A DNA stretch of 64,000 bases from Verrucomicrobiota bacterium (GCA_039798785.1 JBDKFG010000024.1:32001-96000); one strand, 5' to 3'. Shown: positions 28,745 through 39,053, numbered from the stretch's first letter. Made by a program: numbers and translations. The notes: generated from the sequence alone by a model not told the origin.

Positions 28745-29692
28745 TCAGCGAATTTTTCCGGGGTTTTCCCGCCCTGGCCGCCAGGCGGCGACTAGGGCAT
28801 CGAGCTCGGCGAAGGAGCTTTCCCGAGCTTCTGGAAGGAAGCGGTGCTCTTCCTGGCTGGCGAGGAGTGCGGCGGCCTTGGCGGCGAGATCCGGAGGCAG
28901 GCTGGGGTGGCGGCCGAGGGCGGCGGCGAGTTCCGAGACACTGAGCGACTCGGGCAGTCCGAGGCGGAGGCGGCACCAGATCCGGAAGGCGAGGAGGCGG
29001 GCGGACTGGCCTGGCGCTGGAGCCAGCTTGGCGGCATCGCGGCAGGCGTCGCGGTAACGTTGCTCCGGGGTGGCCTGGCGTCGGCGCCAGAGGATCACCA
29101 TGAGGATGGCGAGGGCGAGGGAGCCGGAAAAGGCCCAGGCGAGCAGAGTGAGTCGCAGCCAGTCGCGATCAGGGTCGGGCCGATCGAGCAACTTATCGGA
29201 AAGAGGAGGTGCCGGGGGCGGCAGCCACCGCGGATCGGCCTCCGGCAAGATGAAGCTGAGCGGCGGCAGTGCGGCATGGATCGGATCGCCCTCGCTGACG
29301 GCGATCGACAGGGAGGCGTTTGCAAGGGGACCCGGCGCGACGCCGCTGAGGCGTGGGCGCAGGCGCCAGACCAGGCCGCGAGCTTCGAGGCCGGAGAGGG
29401 TGCTTTCGAACTCCTCGTGGCCGACGGCGGCGGTGCCGAGACGCCAGTCGAGCCGCGTAGGCTTCACCCCCGGCGGCAGGCGCAGCTTCAGCTCAAGACC
29501 AACGGCTTCGCCGACCGGGATCTCGCCGTGTGCGGAGCGGCATTCCAGCAGCAACGGCGGGCAGTTGCGCCGCACCCAGCCCAGCCAGCCGGCCAGGATC
29601 AGCAGAGACAAAAGCAGCGCGCCTGCAGGCAGGGCGAGACGGCGGAGGCGGGGTTGGGATGGGGACGTGATCATGTTGAATTCAACGCGCAA
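28745..29692 (-). CDS. hypothetical membrane protein (BatD-like architecture), start uncertain
   Basis: Two TM segments flanking a beta-rich domain (VGEAVGLELKL). Co-oriented with the upstream oxidoreductase. Confidence 0.55.
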   Translation of the reverse strand: MRVEFNMITSPSQPRLRRLALPAGALLLSLLILAGWLGWVRRNCPPLLLECRSAHGEIPVGEAVGLELKLRLPPGVKPTRLDWRLGTAAVGHEEFESTLSGLEARGLVWRLRPRLSGVAPGPLANASLSIAVSEGDPIHAALPPLSFILPEADPRWLPPPAPPLSDKLLDRPDPDRDWLRLTLLAWAFSGSLALAILMVILWRRRQATPEQRYRDACRDAAKLAPAPGQSARLLAFRIWCRLRLGLPESLSVSELAAALGRHPSLPPDLAAKAAALLASQEEHRFLPEARESSFAELDALVAAWRPGRENPGKIR

Positions 29693-29706
29693 GCGCGGAT
29701 TTTCTT

Positions 29707-30906
29707 TCAGGGAAAGAGCTCGGCCCAGGGGCCTGGACCGGTTTCCGGGGCTTCGAGGCCGGCAGGCAGCGCAGCCGGCCCGGAGCGCGGCGTGTCGAGG
29801 CGGCGCAGATGCTCCAGGCAGGCCCGGCCGAGATCAGGCGCGAGGGCAAGCTTGGTCGGCCAAGCGACGATGGCGTTGCCCACCGGGGCGGTGAAGGCGT
29901 TGTCAGGTCGAGCGCCGTCGGACTGGTGCGGCTCGGCACGATCGACACGCCAGGTCGCCCATTCCGCCGCTCCGAGGTCGATCCAGGGCGTCAGTTCGGC
30001 AAGGAGTTTCCGCGCGGCGTCGATCTGCTCCTCAGGACTGCGATCGACGCCGTCCTCGCTGATATTGCCGCCCAGGGTCCAGACTGGGGCGCCATCGGGG
30101 GCGAACTGGGTGGTGATGGTCAGCTCCGGCTTGGTCGCGGCCCCGACGCAGTGGGCGTAGACGGGATGGGGGAAGCGGTGCTTCACCGCCACCATGTGGA
30201 GGGGGCGTCGCTGCATCCGCGGGCGCCCCTTGCCGGGCAGGCCGGGGAGAAGCTCCTCCTGGCCTTCGCCGGCGGCAAGGACGAGCGCGGCGGGGCGCAC
30301 ATGGAAGAGCCCACCCTGAGGAAGCCGGAGGGCGACGCGGGTGAGAACTTCCTCCTCCCAGGTGAAGGAGGATGCTTCGGCGCGGGCTCGGATCTGGGAG
30401 CCGGAGTTGAGGCGTGCGAGGGCGCGGAAAACGCTGGGGATGTCCAACACCGGTTCGTGGAGAGCGTAGAGAGGCCCCTTGAATCCCTTCAGTCGGAAGG
30501 CTTCGGGGCGCTCGGATTCGGCGACTTCATGCATCAGCGACACCACCGCCTTCGACGCGGCGAGAAGAGCCAGCTTTGAAAACATGCTGCCGGTGCTCCA
30601 CATGTAGTGGTAGGGCGAAAGCTGACGGGCGGCGGAAAGGTCGATTTCGCCTCTTCCCGCAAGGGCGGCGCGCCACTGCTCCGGCATGCCGCGGATGGCA
30701 TTGGTGGCGGAGCCGAGTACGCCGTCCAACGCGTACTTGATGCCGCCGTGGATGATGCCCTGCGACATCGAGGACTGCCGACAGCCGAGGCTGCCGGATT
30801 CGGCGAGGACGACACGGTAGCCCTGGCGGCGCAAAAGCTCCTGGGTCCAGGCGCCGGCGATGCCGCCGCCGATGATCAGCACGTCGCAGTGAAAGTCGTC
30901 GCTCAT
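29707..30906 (-). CDS. FAD-dependent oxidoreductase (DAO-like)
   Basis: DVLIIGGGIAG, SQGIIHGGIKY, VDRAEP, WPTKLAL. Confidence 0.9.
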   Translation of the reverse strand: MSDDFHCDVLIIGGGIAGAWTQELLRRQGYRVVLAESGSLGCRQSSMSQGIIHGGIKYALDGVLGSATNAIRGMPEQWRAALAGRGEIDLSAARQLSPYHYMWSTGSMFSKLALLAASKAVVSLMHEVAESERPEAFRLKGFKGPLYALHEPVLDIPSVFRALARLNSGSQIRARAEASSFTWEEEVLTRVALRLPQGGLFHVRPAALVLAAGEGQEELLPGLPGKGRPRMQRRPLHMVAVKHRFPHPVYAHCVGAATKPELTITTQFAPDGAPVWTLGGNISEDGVDRSPEEQIDAARKLLAELTPWIDLGAAEWATWRVDRAEPHQSDGARPDNAFTAPVGNAIVAWPTKLALAPDLGRACLEHLRRLDTPRSGPAALPAGLEAPETGPGPWAELFP

Positions 30907-31059
30907 CGCAAATCCTCGGGTCGATTTTGAATCTCCCCACTAGACATCCATCTCGGCAATTCCGCACCACTTCCGCGCCGTGCCCCCGACGAATCACCGC
31001 GGCCGCTGGCACAGCCGCCAATAACCGTTAAGTTGCTCGGAAAAGCGAGTACCTCAATC

Positions 31060-32133
31060 ATGGCCAAGAAAGTCGCCCGAGTCAGCCGCCTCACCCAGGA
31101 AGATCTGGCCTCCCGTCCCCACAGCGATCTGCGCAACCTGATCATCGAAGACATCCGCCGCAAAGGTCTGCGCGACGGCGACCGCTACCTCGGCGCCGAC
31201 GGCGTCGGCGAACTCCTTGGCGTCAGCCCGGTCACCGCCAACCGCCTTCTTGCCGCCATGGCCGAAGAGAATCTAGTGGTCCGCCGCCGCAAGGCCGGCA
31301 CCTTCGTCGGCAGCGGCTTCGTCCGCGACGAACAGCAGCGGCGCGACGGCTTGCGGGTCCTGCACATCCTGATGGTGAAGGAGAATTCGCACGACCAGAA
31401 CTCCGATGAGCGGTGGAGCGAAGTGATGTGGAAGCAGGTGCCCGGCGCCGCACTCCGCATCCACCAGGTCCCCGAAGACGAATCCTTCTTCCACGCCCGC
31501 CACATCGTCGGCCAGATCGCCGCCAGCGGTCTCGACGAAGGCCTCATCCTGATCCGCGCCACCGAGCGCATCCAGCGCCTGGTCGCCCAGAGCGGTGTCA
31601 AGGCGGTGGTCTTCGGCCACCTCTTCCCCGGCGTCGGCGGCCTGCATTGCGTCACGATGGACCAGACAAAGGCGGGCGAGCTGGCGGTGGCCGCCTGCCG
31701 CGCCCAGAAATGCCAGCAGCTTGTGGTGGTGATGCGCGCCTCGTGGCGGATGGGTGATGCCGACTTCTTCGCCGCCATTCTCCGCCAGGCCGGTGCCGCG
31801 GGCCTGCGCGCAGACCAGATCCAGCTGGTCGTCGCCGACGAGGAGCCCGACGCCTGCAGCGACCAGATCCGCCAGGCGCTCGCCAGCAGCCCGTCCGGCC
31901 GCATCGGCCTGATCTGCCGCCACAGCGCTTTCGCCCGCGCCGCGCTGCGTCACAAAGGCGACTTCCATATCGTCAGCGCCACCGCTGACAACGATTCGAA
32001 GCATCTCAAAGGCTGCGATGAGATCCTCGCCACTCTCAGTCGCGAAAAGATCGGTCAGCTGCTACTCCAGCAATTGGCTCTGCCGCTGCACGAATCCAGC
32101 CCCGCCCAGGTCATCCCGGTGCGGCTGAACTGA
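31060..32133 (+). CDS. GntR-type HTH regulator with LacI/PBP-like sensor domain
   Basis: LRDGDRY...LGVSPVTANR....RRRKAGTFVG followed by a sugar-binding-like fold. Confidence 0.85.
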   Translation: MAKKVARVSRLTQEDLASRPHSDLRNLIIEDIRRKGLRDGDRYLGADGVGELLGVSPVTANRLLAAMAEENLVVRRRKAGTFVGSGFVRDEQQRRDGLRVLHILMVKENSHDQNSDERWSEVMWKQVPGAALRIHQVPEDESFFHARHIVGQIAASGLDEGLILIRATERIQRLVAQSGVKAVVFGHLFPGVGGLHCVTMDQTKAGELAVAACRAQKCQQLVVVMRASWRMGDADFFAAILRQAGAAGLRADQIQLVVADEEPDACSDQIRQALASSPSGRIGLICRHSAFARAALRHKGDFHIVSATADNDSKHLKGCDEILATLSREKIGQLLLQQLALPLHESSPAQVIPVRLN

Positions 32134-32219
32134 GGCCGCGGCGCACTTAGGAAGACGCGCTTTTCCTGAGCGCCGAAGCCCGCAGCGGCTCCGCGGCAGT
32201 CGCGGAGATGGAAATCATT

Positions 32220-32408
32220 CGACCTGTGTCACTCCATTTGAGCTCGGCCACAAAAGACACAAAGAACACAAAGAACAGAGTTTTGCCGTGTCAGCTCGCC
32301 GAGTGTCAGTCGCCCATTCTGCGTTCTTCTGCGTTCTTCTGCGTTCTTCTGCGTTCTTCTGCGTTCTTCTGCGCTTCAATTGAGCTTGAATCGGAGTAAC
32401 ACAGGTCG
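32220..32408. mobile_element. MITE, 189 bp, 16-bp TIR, 8-bp target-site duplication
   Basis: CGACCTGTGTCACTCC / GGAGTAACACAGGTCG (15/16). AAATCATT at 32212-32219 and 32409-32416. Internal CACAAAGAA 9-mers and (TTCTGCGTTC)x5. Confidence 0.85.
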
Positions 32409-32443
32409 AAATCATTGCCCTGACGGGCATGGCGAGCGCAAGC

Positions 32444-33259
32444 TCAGGGAACGTAGCGGCGGTCGAAGGTGTAGGGCATGCCGCGGCTGAGATTGACCCC
32501 TTCGTCCTGGGTTGCGTCGCTGTAGCTGGCACCCTCCGCGATCTCGCCGAAGCCGGCGCGGCTGCTGTTGTCGACTTCGGTCACGTCTTTGACCGGGATG
32601 ACCAGAGACACCAAGCCTGCGTGGCCATCGGTAAATCCCGCGATGAAACGGTTTTGCGGATCCAATCCGTAGTGGTGGTTACCTTTTTTGATCTCGGTCT
32701 TGGTGTGCTCCCAGCGATGGAAGACGACGTCGAGACCGGCTGTCTCGATGAAGGCGATCATCAGATTGGGGCTTTTCACCAGATTGTTGTTGATTCCCAG
32801 GTTCGAGCCGTTTTGACAGAGATTGAAGGGGCCGTCGCTGGTGTTGTTATACTGGTTCCCCGGAATGTTGGTGGCGTAGCTGGCGCCGGTGTGGTCGTGG
32901 CAGCTCTTGGCGGCGCCGTTCAGGCGGGTATATCTGTCCGCCGGACATTTGGCCGTCAGGAGAGGGTCGGCGTTGTTCTGCTTCAGATAGACGTTCAAGG
33001 GACGGGGGTTGTCGGCCGGAATGTAAGGTGCTGTCTTGCCGAACCAGCCATACTGGGTCCCGGCGATCCGCGTCGGGTAGTAGTTCCGGTTTGCCATCAG
33101 ATACATGGTGCAGGCACGGGCGATCTGCCCCTGGTTGCTGATGCAGACCGCCTGCACAGCCTTCTCCCGGCTGCGCATGATAGCGGTCGCCAGCAACGAG
33201 ACAAGGATCAGGATGATCACCACCACCACCAGCAGCTCAGTCAAAGTGAAGCGTCGCAT
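32444..33259 (-). CDS. prepilin-type N-terminal cleavage/methylation protein
   Basis: MRRFTLTELLVVVVIILILVSLL, CISNQGQI, CPAD, H...FTDGHA. GGAGG RBS. Confidence 0.9.
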   Translation of the reverse strand: MRRFTLTELLVVVVIILILVSLLATAIMRSREKAVQAVCISNQGQIARACTMYLMANRNYYPTRIAGTQYGWFGKTAPYIPADNPRPLNVYLKQNNADPLLTAKCPADRYTRLNGAAKSCHDHTGASYATNIPGNQYNNTSDGPFNLCQNGSNLGINNNLVKSPNLMIAFIETAGLDVVFHRWEHTKTEIKKGNHHYGLDPQNRFIAGFTDGHAGLVSLVIPVKDVTEVDNSSRAGFGEIAEGASYSDATQDEGVNLSRGMPYTFDRRYVP

Positions 33260-33394
33260 GGGATTCCTCCAAGAGTTCGGGTTTTTCCGGTCTTGTGCAA
33301 ATCCTAGCCTTGTTTAATTTTAATGCAAGTATATAGTCTTAATATAATCAATAACTTCAAGAAATCGCTCAACCCTGATTCTAGGAGGTTTACG

Positions 33395-33952
33395 ATGAAG
33401 ATCCTGGCCTTGATCATGACAATACTGTTTCTTGGCTCATGTCGCGACGCGGTCGAGCCCTTGACGGTCGAGCTCAACCTCGAGATACAAGTGGCGAGCC
33501 AGATGAAAGCCCTAGGTATCGAGGCCGGCGACAAGGTCTTGTTCGTAGGGGATACGGCGTCTTCGCCGGAGATGTCAGCGCTGACGGCGAAGTTCGGCAC
33601 GCAGTGCCAGGCGTCGGCGAAATCGGCGAAGGACATCAACTGGCCGGAGCTGCTCGGCGGCGGCGGCTACAAGATGGTCTTCTGCATCGGAGTGCCTGCG
33701 ATCGACGCGGAGCAGGACCTGCCCGAAAATGTCATCCCCCTGGTACTCAGCGTCAGCAACTTCAAATCGCCGGTGCCGGATCTGGTCACCAGGGGCTGGG
33801 TCGCAACTGCGTTGGCGCCGCTGCCGATCCTCGGGGACAAGCCCGCAGTGGACCGCGAGCTGATGATCACCAGTCAACTCCAGGCGACCAGCGTCGTCCT
33901 GATTGCGGGGATGGAGAAGGGCCTGCGCGAACGCTTCCCGCAACTGTTCTGA
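33395..33952 (+). CDS. hypothetical lipoprotein
   Basis: MKILALIMTILFLGSC lipobox. AGGAGG RBS before ATG 33395. Confidence 0.75.
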   Translation: MKILALIMTILFLGSCRDAVEPLTVELNLEIQVASQMKALGIEAGDKVLFVGDTASSPEMSALTAKFGTQCQASAKSAKDINWPELLGGGGYKMVFCIGVPAIDAEQDLPENVIPLVLSVSNFKSPVPDLVTRGWVATALAPLPILGDKPAVDRELMITSQLQATSVVLIAGMEKGLRERFPQLF

Positions 33953-34170
33953 GCGGGGCCATGGGTTTGCGGGCGAGTCTATTGAAGCTCGAGATATGCC
34001 CATGCTTTGCCTTGCTGCCCGTCATGGTGATGTGGCGCGGGGACTGGGAGCTGAGCCTGGGACGCCGCCGGAACGCCTTTTTGGCGATGGGCGGCGAGAT
34101 TTCATCAAGTCCGGCTAAGGTGGGCGCGTAATCCATTCGCACTTACCAAACCCTTCACCCCGCGGCCTGC

Positions 34171-36327
34171 ATGAGCGAAAACGACCCTGACTCCGTGACC
34201 CGCCGGCTTTCCTACGAAGGCCGCATCGTCGGCATGTCCGAGCTACTGCTTCGCGCCAGGGAGGAAGAGGTGCTGGCTAGCGCCGGCTGCCGGTATTCCG
34301 ACGCTAAACGCATCGCCTCAGGCGGGATGAAGGAGATCTACCAGGTTTTCGACTCGAGGACCGAGCGGCTTGTCGCCATGGCCCGGATGCATCCTGACGC
34401 CGCCATGGATCTGAAGAAGCAGTTTCTCCACGAAGCGCGGATCACCGCCAGTCTCGAACATCCCAGCATCATGCCGGTCTACGACATCGGCGACGAAGGC
34501 GGCGAGCCGTATTTCACCATGAAGCTGATCCGAGGCCGCACTCTCGGCGAGCTGATCGAGCTGCGTCAGAAGACCCTTCCCCGCGGCATGCCGGGCCCCT
34601 CGCTGGAGGAGCTTCTCGGCCATTTCCTCAAGGTTTGCGACGCCATGGCCTGCGCTCACAGTCACGGGGTCCTGCATCTCGACATCAAGCCGGAAAACAT
34701 CCAGGTCGGCGAGTTCGGAGAAGTCCTGCTCTGCGACTGGGGCCTGGCGAGACGCCGGGGTGACGCGGCGGAGGCGGAAGAATGTCTTGCGGGATCGCTC
34801 CCCCGCGCCGCCGGACTCACTCTGCACGGCCGGGTTTTCGGCACGCCAGGGTTCATGGGGCCGGAACAAGCAAGCGACTCGCGCCTCAATCTCTCCCCCG
34901 CCGCCGACATCTATTCCCTCGGTGCCGTCCTCTACAACCTCCTCTCCGGCCAGCGGCCATGCTCCGGACGGGGCATGACCGAGTCGATGCAGATGACGGT
35001 CAACGGCGAGCTCGCTTCTCCCGGCAGCCTGGTCAGCCACCCCTCGCTGGCGGTGCCGGCGGCCCTTGAGGCGGTCTGCATGCGTGCGATGGCGCTGCGC
35101 CCTGAGAATCGCTACGCATCGGTTTCAGACCTGGCCGCCGAGATCCGCTCGTGGATGAGCGGCTACGCCACCCACGCCGAAGACGCCTCCCCGCTGCGCC
35201 AGCTCTGGCTGCTCGCCCGTCGCCACAAGATCGCGGTCAGCGTCATCGTCAATGCCTTGCTGGTCCTCGCCGTGGCCAGCGCGGTCTTCGTCTCCAACCT
35301 CAAGCGCAAGGAGCGGGAATCCCAGGCCAACGCCGAGACAGCGCGGCAGAACGCCCGCCGGGCCGAAGCGAACGCTCTGGTGGCGCAGTCGCGCGAGAAG
35401 GAAGCTCTGGAGACTCTCCGCCTGCTGCAGAAAGAGCAGGGAGAAAAGGCTCGCCTCGGTGAAGAGGCGGCCAGCCTGATCCGTGAGAAGGTGACCCAAT
35501 CGGGCGACATCCTCGGCTTCAAAAAAGCCTTCGACATCGCTTCGCTGGTGCCTGACAATCCAGTGCTGCGCTCGATGCAGGGCGCCTATTGGCTGTCGAA
35601 CCAGGAATTCTCCAAGGCCTGCGACTTCTTCGCCGGCAGCGTCAGCGAGGCGACACGCGATCTCGCTGCCTTTGCCGAACGTCACCGCGGCGTCGCCCCC
35701 GGGAAACTCGCCGAAGCGGATTTCCTCGAGCTCTGCCGTCTCCTCCTCAAACCCGACTTCGCGGTCTACCTGGTGCAGCTGCTGGAGGCCGAAGGCCGTT
35801 TCAAGCCGCAAAGTCACTCCGCGATTTTCCAGAAGGTCATGCCGCTGCTCAATCCCCATCTGCAGGGAAGGCCCTTCGATACCCAGGCCCTCGCTGAAGG
35901 CCGCATCGCAGCCGCCCTCGGCCTGAGCGCCGGCGACCTCAGACCTCTGCGCATCGAGGCCCTCGCCTTGATGAACTTCACCACCCTCGACCTGAGCGGC
36001 TGCGCCGTCAGTGATCTCACACCCCTGCGCCGCCAGAGCCGGCTGAAGATCCTGCTTCTGCGGGGCTGCCCCGCGAAGCAGCTCGAGCCGCTTTCGCAAC
36101 TCCCCCTCGAGGAGCTCGACCTCAGCAACAGCGCTGTCACCGATCTCGCCCCTCTGCGCAATCCCAGCCTCCGCCGACTTATGCTGCGGAACTGCCTGCC
36201 CGAAAGCCTGGCGCCGCTGCATCAGCTGCCCCAGCTCGAAGAAATCTCCCTCAGCCCACTCCCTCAGGTGCTGCTCAGGCTGCGTCAGCAGGCACTGCCC
36301 GCCAAGTTGAAGTTGAAACTCCAATAA
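34171..36327 (+). CDS. Ser/Thr kinase with TM helix, coiled coil and leucine-rich repeats
   Basis: SGGMKEIY, HLDIKPEN, DWGLA, GTPGFMGPEQ. C-terminal L..LDLS...V.DL.PL repeats. Confidence 0.92.
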   Translation: MSENDPDSVTRRLSYEGRIVGMSELLLRAREEEVLASAGCRYSDAKRIASGGMKEIYQVFDSRTERLVAMARMHPDAAMDLKKQFLHEARITASLEHPSIMPVYDIGDEGGEPYFTMKLIRGRTLGELIELRQKTLPRGMPGPSLEELLGHFLKVCDAMACAHSHGVLHLDIKPENIQVGEFGEVLLCDWGLARRRGDAAEAEECLAGSLPRAAGLTLHGRVFGTPGFMGPEQASDSRLNLSPAADIYSLGAVLYNLLSGQRPCSGRGMTESMQMTVNGELASPGSLVSHPSLAVPAALEAVCMRAMALRPENRYASVSDLAAEIRSWMSGYATHAEDASPLRQLWLLARRHKIAVSVIVNALLVLAVASAVFVSNLKRKERESQANAETARQNARRAEANALVAQSREKEALETLRLLQKEQGEKARLGEEAASLIREKVTQSGDILGFKKAFDIASLVPDNPVLRSMQGAYWLSNQEFSKACDFFAGSVSEATRDLAAFAERHRGVAPGKLAEADFLELCRLLLKPDFAVYLVQLLEAEGRFKPQSHSAIFQKVMPLLNPHLQGRPFDTQALAEGRIAAALGLSAGDLRPLRIEALALMNFTTLDLSGCAVSDLTPLRRQSRLKILLLRGCPAKQLEPLSQLPLEELDLSNSAVTDLAPLRNPSLRRLMLRNCLPESLAPLHQLPQLEEISLSPLPQVLLRLRQQALPAKLKLKLQ

Positions 36328-36349
36328 GGTCGGATGCCGAATGGGTGAA

Positions 36350-36558
36350 CCTAAAAACCGCATTAGAGCCGCGGAACCGGGTTGAAAGGTTGAAACGCAA
36401 ACAATTGAACAAGAATAATAAGCAATGAATTTGTGCTACCAGAAAGACTTGAGGGTCCTGAACTTTGCCAAGAGTCCTTCGGATATCATAACCTATTGCT
36501 GTTGTAGCTAAAACTTACAACCTTTGAACCTTCCAACCTTTCAACTGCGGTTTTCAGG
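36350..36558. mobile_element. MITE, 209 bp, 13-bp TIR, 5-bp target-site duplication
   Basis: CCTAAAAACCGCA / TGCGGTTTTCAGG (12/13). GTGAA at 36345-36349 and 36559-36563. Inner GGTTGAAA 8-mer arms and an AT-rich core. Confidence 0.8.
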
Positions 36559-36591
36559 GTGAAGGGCCGGCGTGCCAGGTCACTCCCGGCT

Positions 36592-37260
36592 TCAAGATCC
36601 GAAAAAGCGGGTGAAGCTGCTCACCGGTGCCCGCGGGGTGCGGTAGTGATTCACCGGTGCTGAGTCATCGGCATAACCGAGGGCCATGCCGGCGATCAAG
36701 ACATGATCGGCAGGATAGCCGAGGTGCTCCTTGATCAATGGGCCATACTCGGTGAAGGCCGCCTGGGGGCAGGTCGACAAACCGTGGTCGAGCGCGGCCA
36801 GCATCAGCGATTGCAGGAAGATGCCCATGTCGACAAAGGCGCCTTTCTCCATCTGGCCGGGAATCAGGAAGAGCAGCAGCACCGGCGCATCAAAAGCGCG
36901 GAAATTCGCCCCCCACTGGGCCCGCTGCCCGGCCTTGTCGTCGCGGACGATCCCGAGGGAGTCGTAGAGCTGCTTGCCGCATTCCAGACGGCGGAGCTTG
37001 AAGGGTTCCCGCCAGGTCCTGGGATAATAGGCGTACTCGGGCACCGGCTTGCCGCCGGCGGAGAAGGCGGCCAGGATCCTCTCCTGCAAGGCGAGCTTGG
37101 CCTCCCCTCGGACGACGGCGACTTCCCAAGGTTGGAGATTGCCGCCGGAGGGGGAGTGGGCCGCTGCCGCGAGGATGGCTTTGAGGCTCGTATCTTCGAC
37201 CGCTCGGGGCAGGAAGGCGCGGATCGAAGAGCGCATCCGCAGCGCCTCGGTGATCGTCAT
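36592..37260 (-). CDS. nitroreductase family protein
   Basis: RSSIRAF, SPSGGNLQPW, FDAP, GLSTCPQ, MALGY. Confidence 0.93.
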   Translation of the reverse strand: MTITEALRMRSSIRAFLPRAVEDTSLKAILAAAAHSPSGGNLQPWEVAVVRGEAKLALQERILAAFSAGGKPVPEYAYYPRTWREPFKLRRLECGKQLYDSLGIVRDDKAGQRAQWGANFRAFDAPVLLLFLIPGQMEKGAFVDMGIFLQSLMLAALDHGLSTCPQAAFTEYGPLIKEHLGYPADHVLIAGMALGYADDSAPVNHYRTPRAPVSSFTRFFGS

Positions 37261-39053
37261 TCTTGGTCTCGCGGGTTTTTCAGGGTGTGGCGGTAGAGGC
37301 GGGTGTCGGGCGCTCCGGGGAGCTTGGCGGCGGCGTCAAGACGCGCCTCGAGGCGGGCGAGGAAGGCGGCGGCGGCCTCGCCTTTCAAGCGCTTCAGCCC
37401 TTCCAGGGCGAGGGCGGCGGCGTAGGGATTGGCGTCGAGTCCGGCGTCGAGAAGCTTGAGCGCCTGAGCCTCGTCGGCGCTGCGGCGGCTGAGCTGCAGG
37501 CAGATCATCGCGTCGAGATAGGACTGCTGGCCGTGGTTGACCGCCCAGGCGACGCTCTGGTGATAGACCATCGACCGCTGCTCATCGGCTTCGTCGTAGT
37601 TCCAGTTGTAGTGGACATGGGTCGCCTCGTCGCCGTCGCCGGCGTACTGGTCGCCTTGGCAGGAGTAGCGGCCCGTCTTGGCGTCGAAGTGCCAGCGCAC
37701 CAGGGCGCAGTGGCCGGGCTGGCCGGCGGTGGCGGCGGGGATGCCGGTGATGCGGTAGGTGCGGGCGCCCATGCTGGCCATGGTGCCGCAGACGCCGCCG
37801 TCCTTCCACATCATCTGGATCGTGCCGTAGTCGAAGGCGAAGGGGCTGAGGCGGCGGGCCGACTGCATGTCGAATTGCTGCGCCACGTCGTCGATGTATT
37901 CGCCATAGGTCTGGGCTTCGCCGCTGTCGCGGAACTTGAGCCAAATCTGCTCGCGCTCGCGCAGCGGCTGGTCGTCGTCGGCGAGCATCATCAGGGTCGG
38001 CCAGGGGGCGGTCAAGGGGTAGAGCGGCCACTGGCGGCTGGCGCCTGCCAAAGGCGGCAGCGGCTGGCGATCGTTGCGAATCAGCCAGGCCATCGCCTCG
38101 GCCGGAGTCGCGGCAGGATCACGCGCCAAGGGCAGGCGCCCCTTGGCACGATAGGCGTCGCGGAACATCTCGAAGGCCTTGCGGATCTTCCGCTCCTGGC
38201 GCTCCGGCACCTCGTTGGTGGAATCCCAGTGAACGACGCGCTCGCCGCAATCGATGGCGACGGCGAAGCCCTTCGACTTCATGTAGGCGTTGAACTCGCG
38301 CTGCAGGCTCTTGGAGGCGAGGACGTCGGCGGCGATCAGCTTGCGGGTGATCTTCTCCAGCTTCACCACGCCCTCCTGGCGCACCGCGATGCCGCGCTCG
38401 TCGTAAACCAGCGGCCCCGGCAGCTGCACCTTGCGCTCCACCGTGATCTCGGGGTGATCTTCCAGGAAATTGATGATGTGGTCATTCTTGTCGAGCGGAC
38501 GCTTCGGGTCCTTGGTGTCCACCCAGACCCGCGGGTCGCCGGGGATGCGCAGTTCGAGAGGATCGCGGGAACTGAGGTCGGGGCCGACGTAGGGCAGCAG
38601 CTCGCGTGAATCGTTCTGCATCGCGGGTTCCGATTTCCAGCCGCGATGCGAGCCGTTGACGGCGAAGGCGAGGGCGAGCTGCGGGTAGTGGCGGCGCACC
38701 GCGTCTTCGCCGAGATCGATCTCGAGCGAGCGCAGGCCGAGCAGGATGGGCAGGGGATCCTGGCGGAAGCCGTAGACCGTCGCCTGGATCAGCGGGTCGC
38801 CGTCGATCCAGGCGAGGAAGTCCTGCGGCAGGCGAATGCCGCGTTCAGTGCAGGCGGCGAGGGTCTTCAGGCGGGCGTGTTCAAGATAGGCCTTCTTCAC
38901 GGCGGGAAGATCCATCGTCGGATCGGCGCTGAGACGGCTGAGCTGCTGCTGCGCCGCAAGGACTTGATCCGGCTTGACCGGCGGGGCGTAAGAAGAACAG
39001 GCCTGCAGGCCGAGGAGAAGGGCGGCAGAGAGGAGGGCGTAGCGGATTTTCAT
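37257..39053 (-). CDS. hypothetical lipoprotein with a possible transglutaminase-like catalytic core
   Basis: Start MKIRYALL..LQAC lipobox. GGVCG...GIPA..AGQPGHCA motif. Confidence 0.7.
   Translation of the reverse strand: MKIRYALLSAALLLGLQACSSYAPPVKPDQVLAAQQQLSRLSADPTMDLPAVKKAYLEHARLKTLAACTERGIRLPQDFLAWIDGDPLIQATVYGFRQDPLPILLGLRSLEIDLGEDAVRRHYPQLALAFAVNGSHRGWKSEPAMQNDSRELLPYVGPDLSSRDPLELRIPGDPRVWVDTKDPKRPLDKNDHIINFLEDHPEITVERKVQLPGPLVYDERGIAVRQEGVVKLEKITRKLIAADVLASKSLQREFNAYMKSKGFAVAIDCGERVVHWDSTNEVPERQERKIRKAFEMFRDAYRAKGRLPLARDPAATPAEAMAWLIRNDRQPLPPLAGASRQWPLYPLTAPWPTLMMLADDDQPLREREQIWLKFRDSGEAQTYGEYIDDVAQQFDMQSARRLSPFAFDYGTIQMMWKDGGVCGTMASMGARTYRITGIPAATAGQPGHCALVRWHFDAKTGRYSCQGDQYAGDGDEATHVHYNWNYDEADEQRSMVYHQSVAWAVNHGQQSYLDAMICLQLSRRSADEAQALKLLDAGLDANPYAAALALEGLKRLKGEAAAAFLARLEARLDAAAKLPGAPDTRLYRHTLKNPRDQE

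Noticed and set aside
32208..32532. Short ORFs with LRSSAFFC / RRTQKNAE repeats
   Set aside because: They are translations of the 10-bp tandem repeat inside the MITE.
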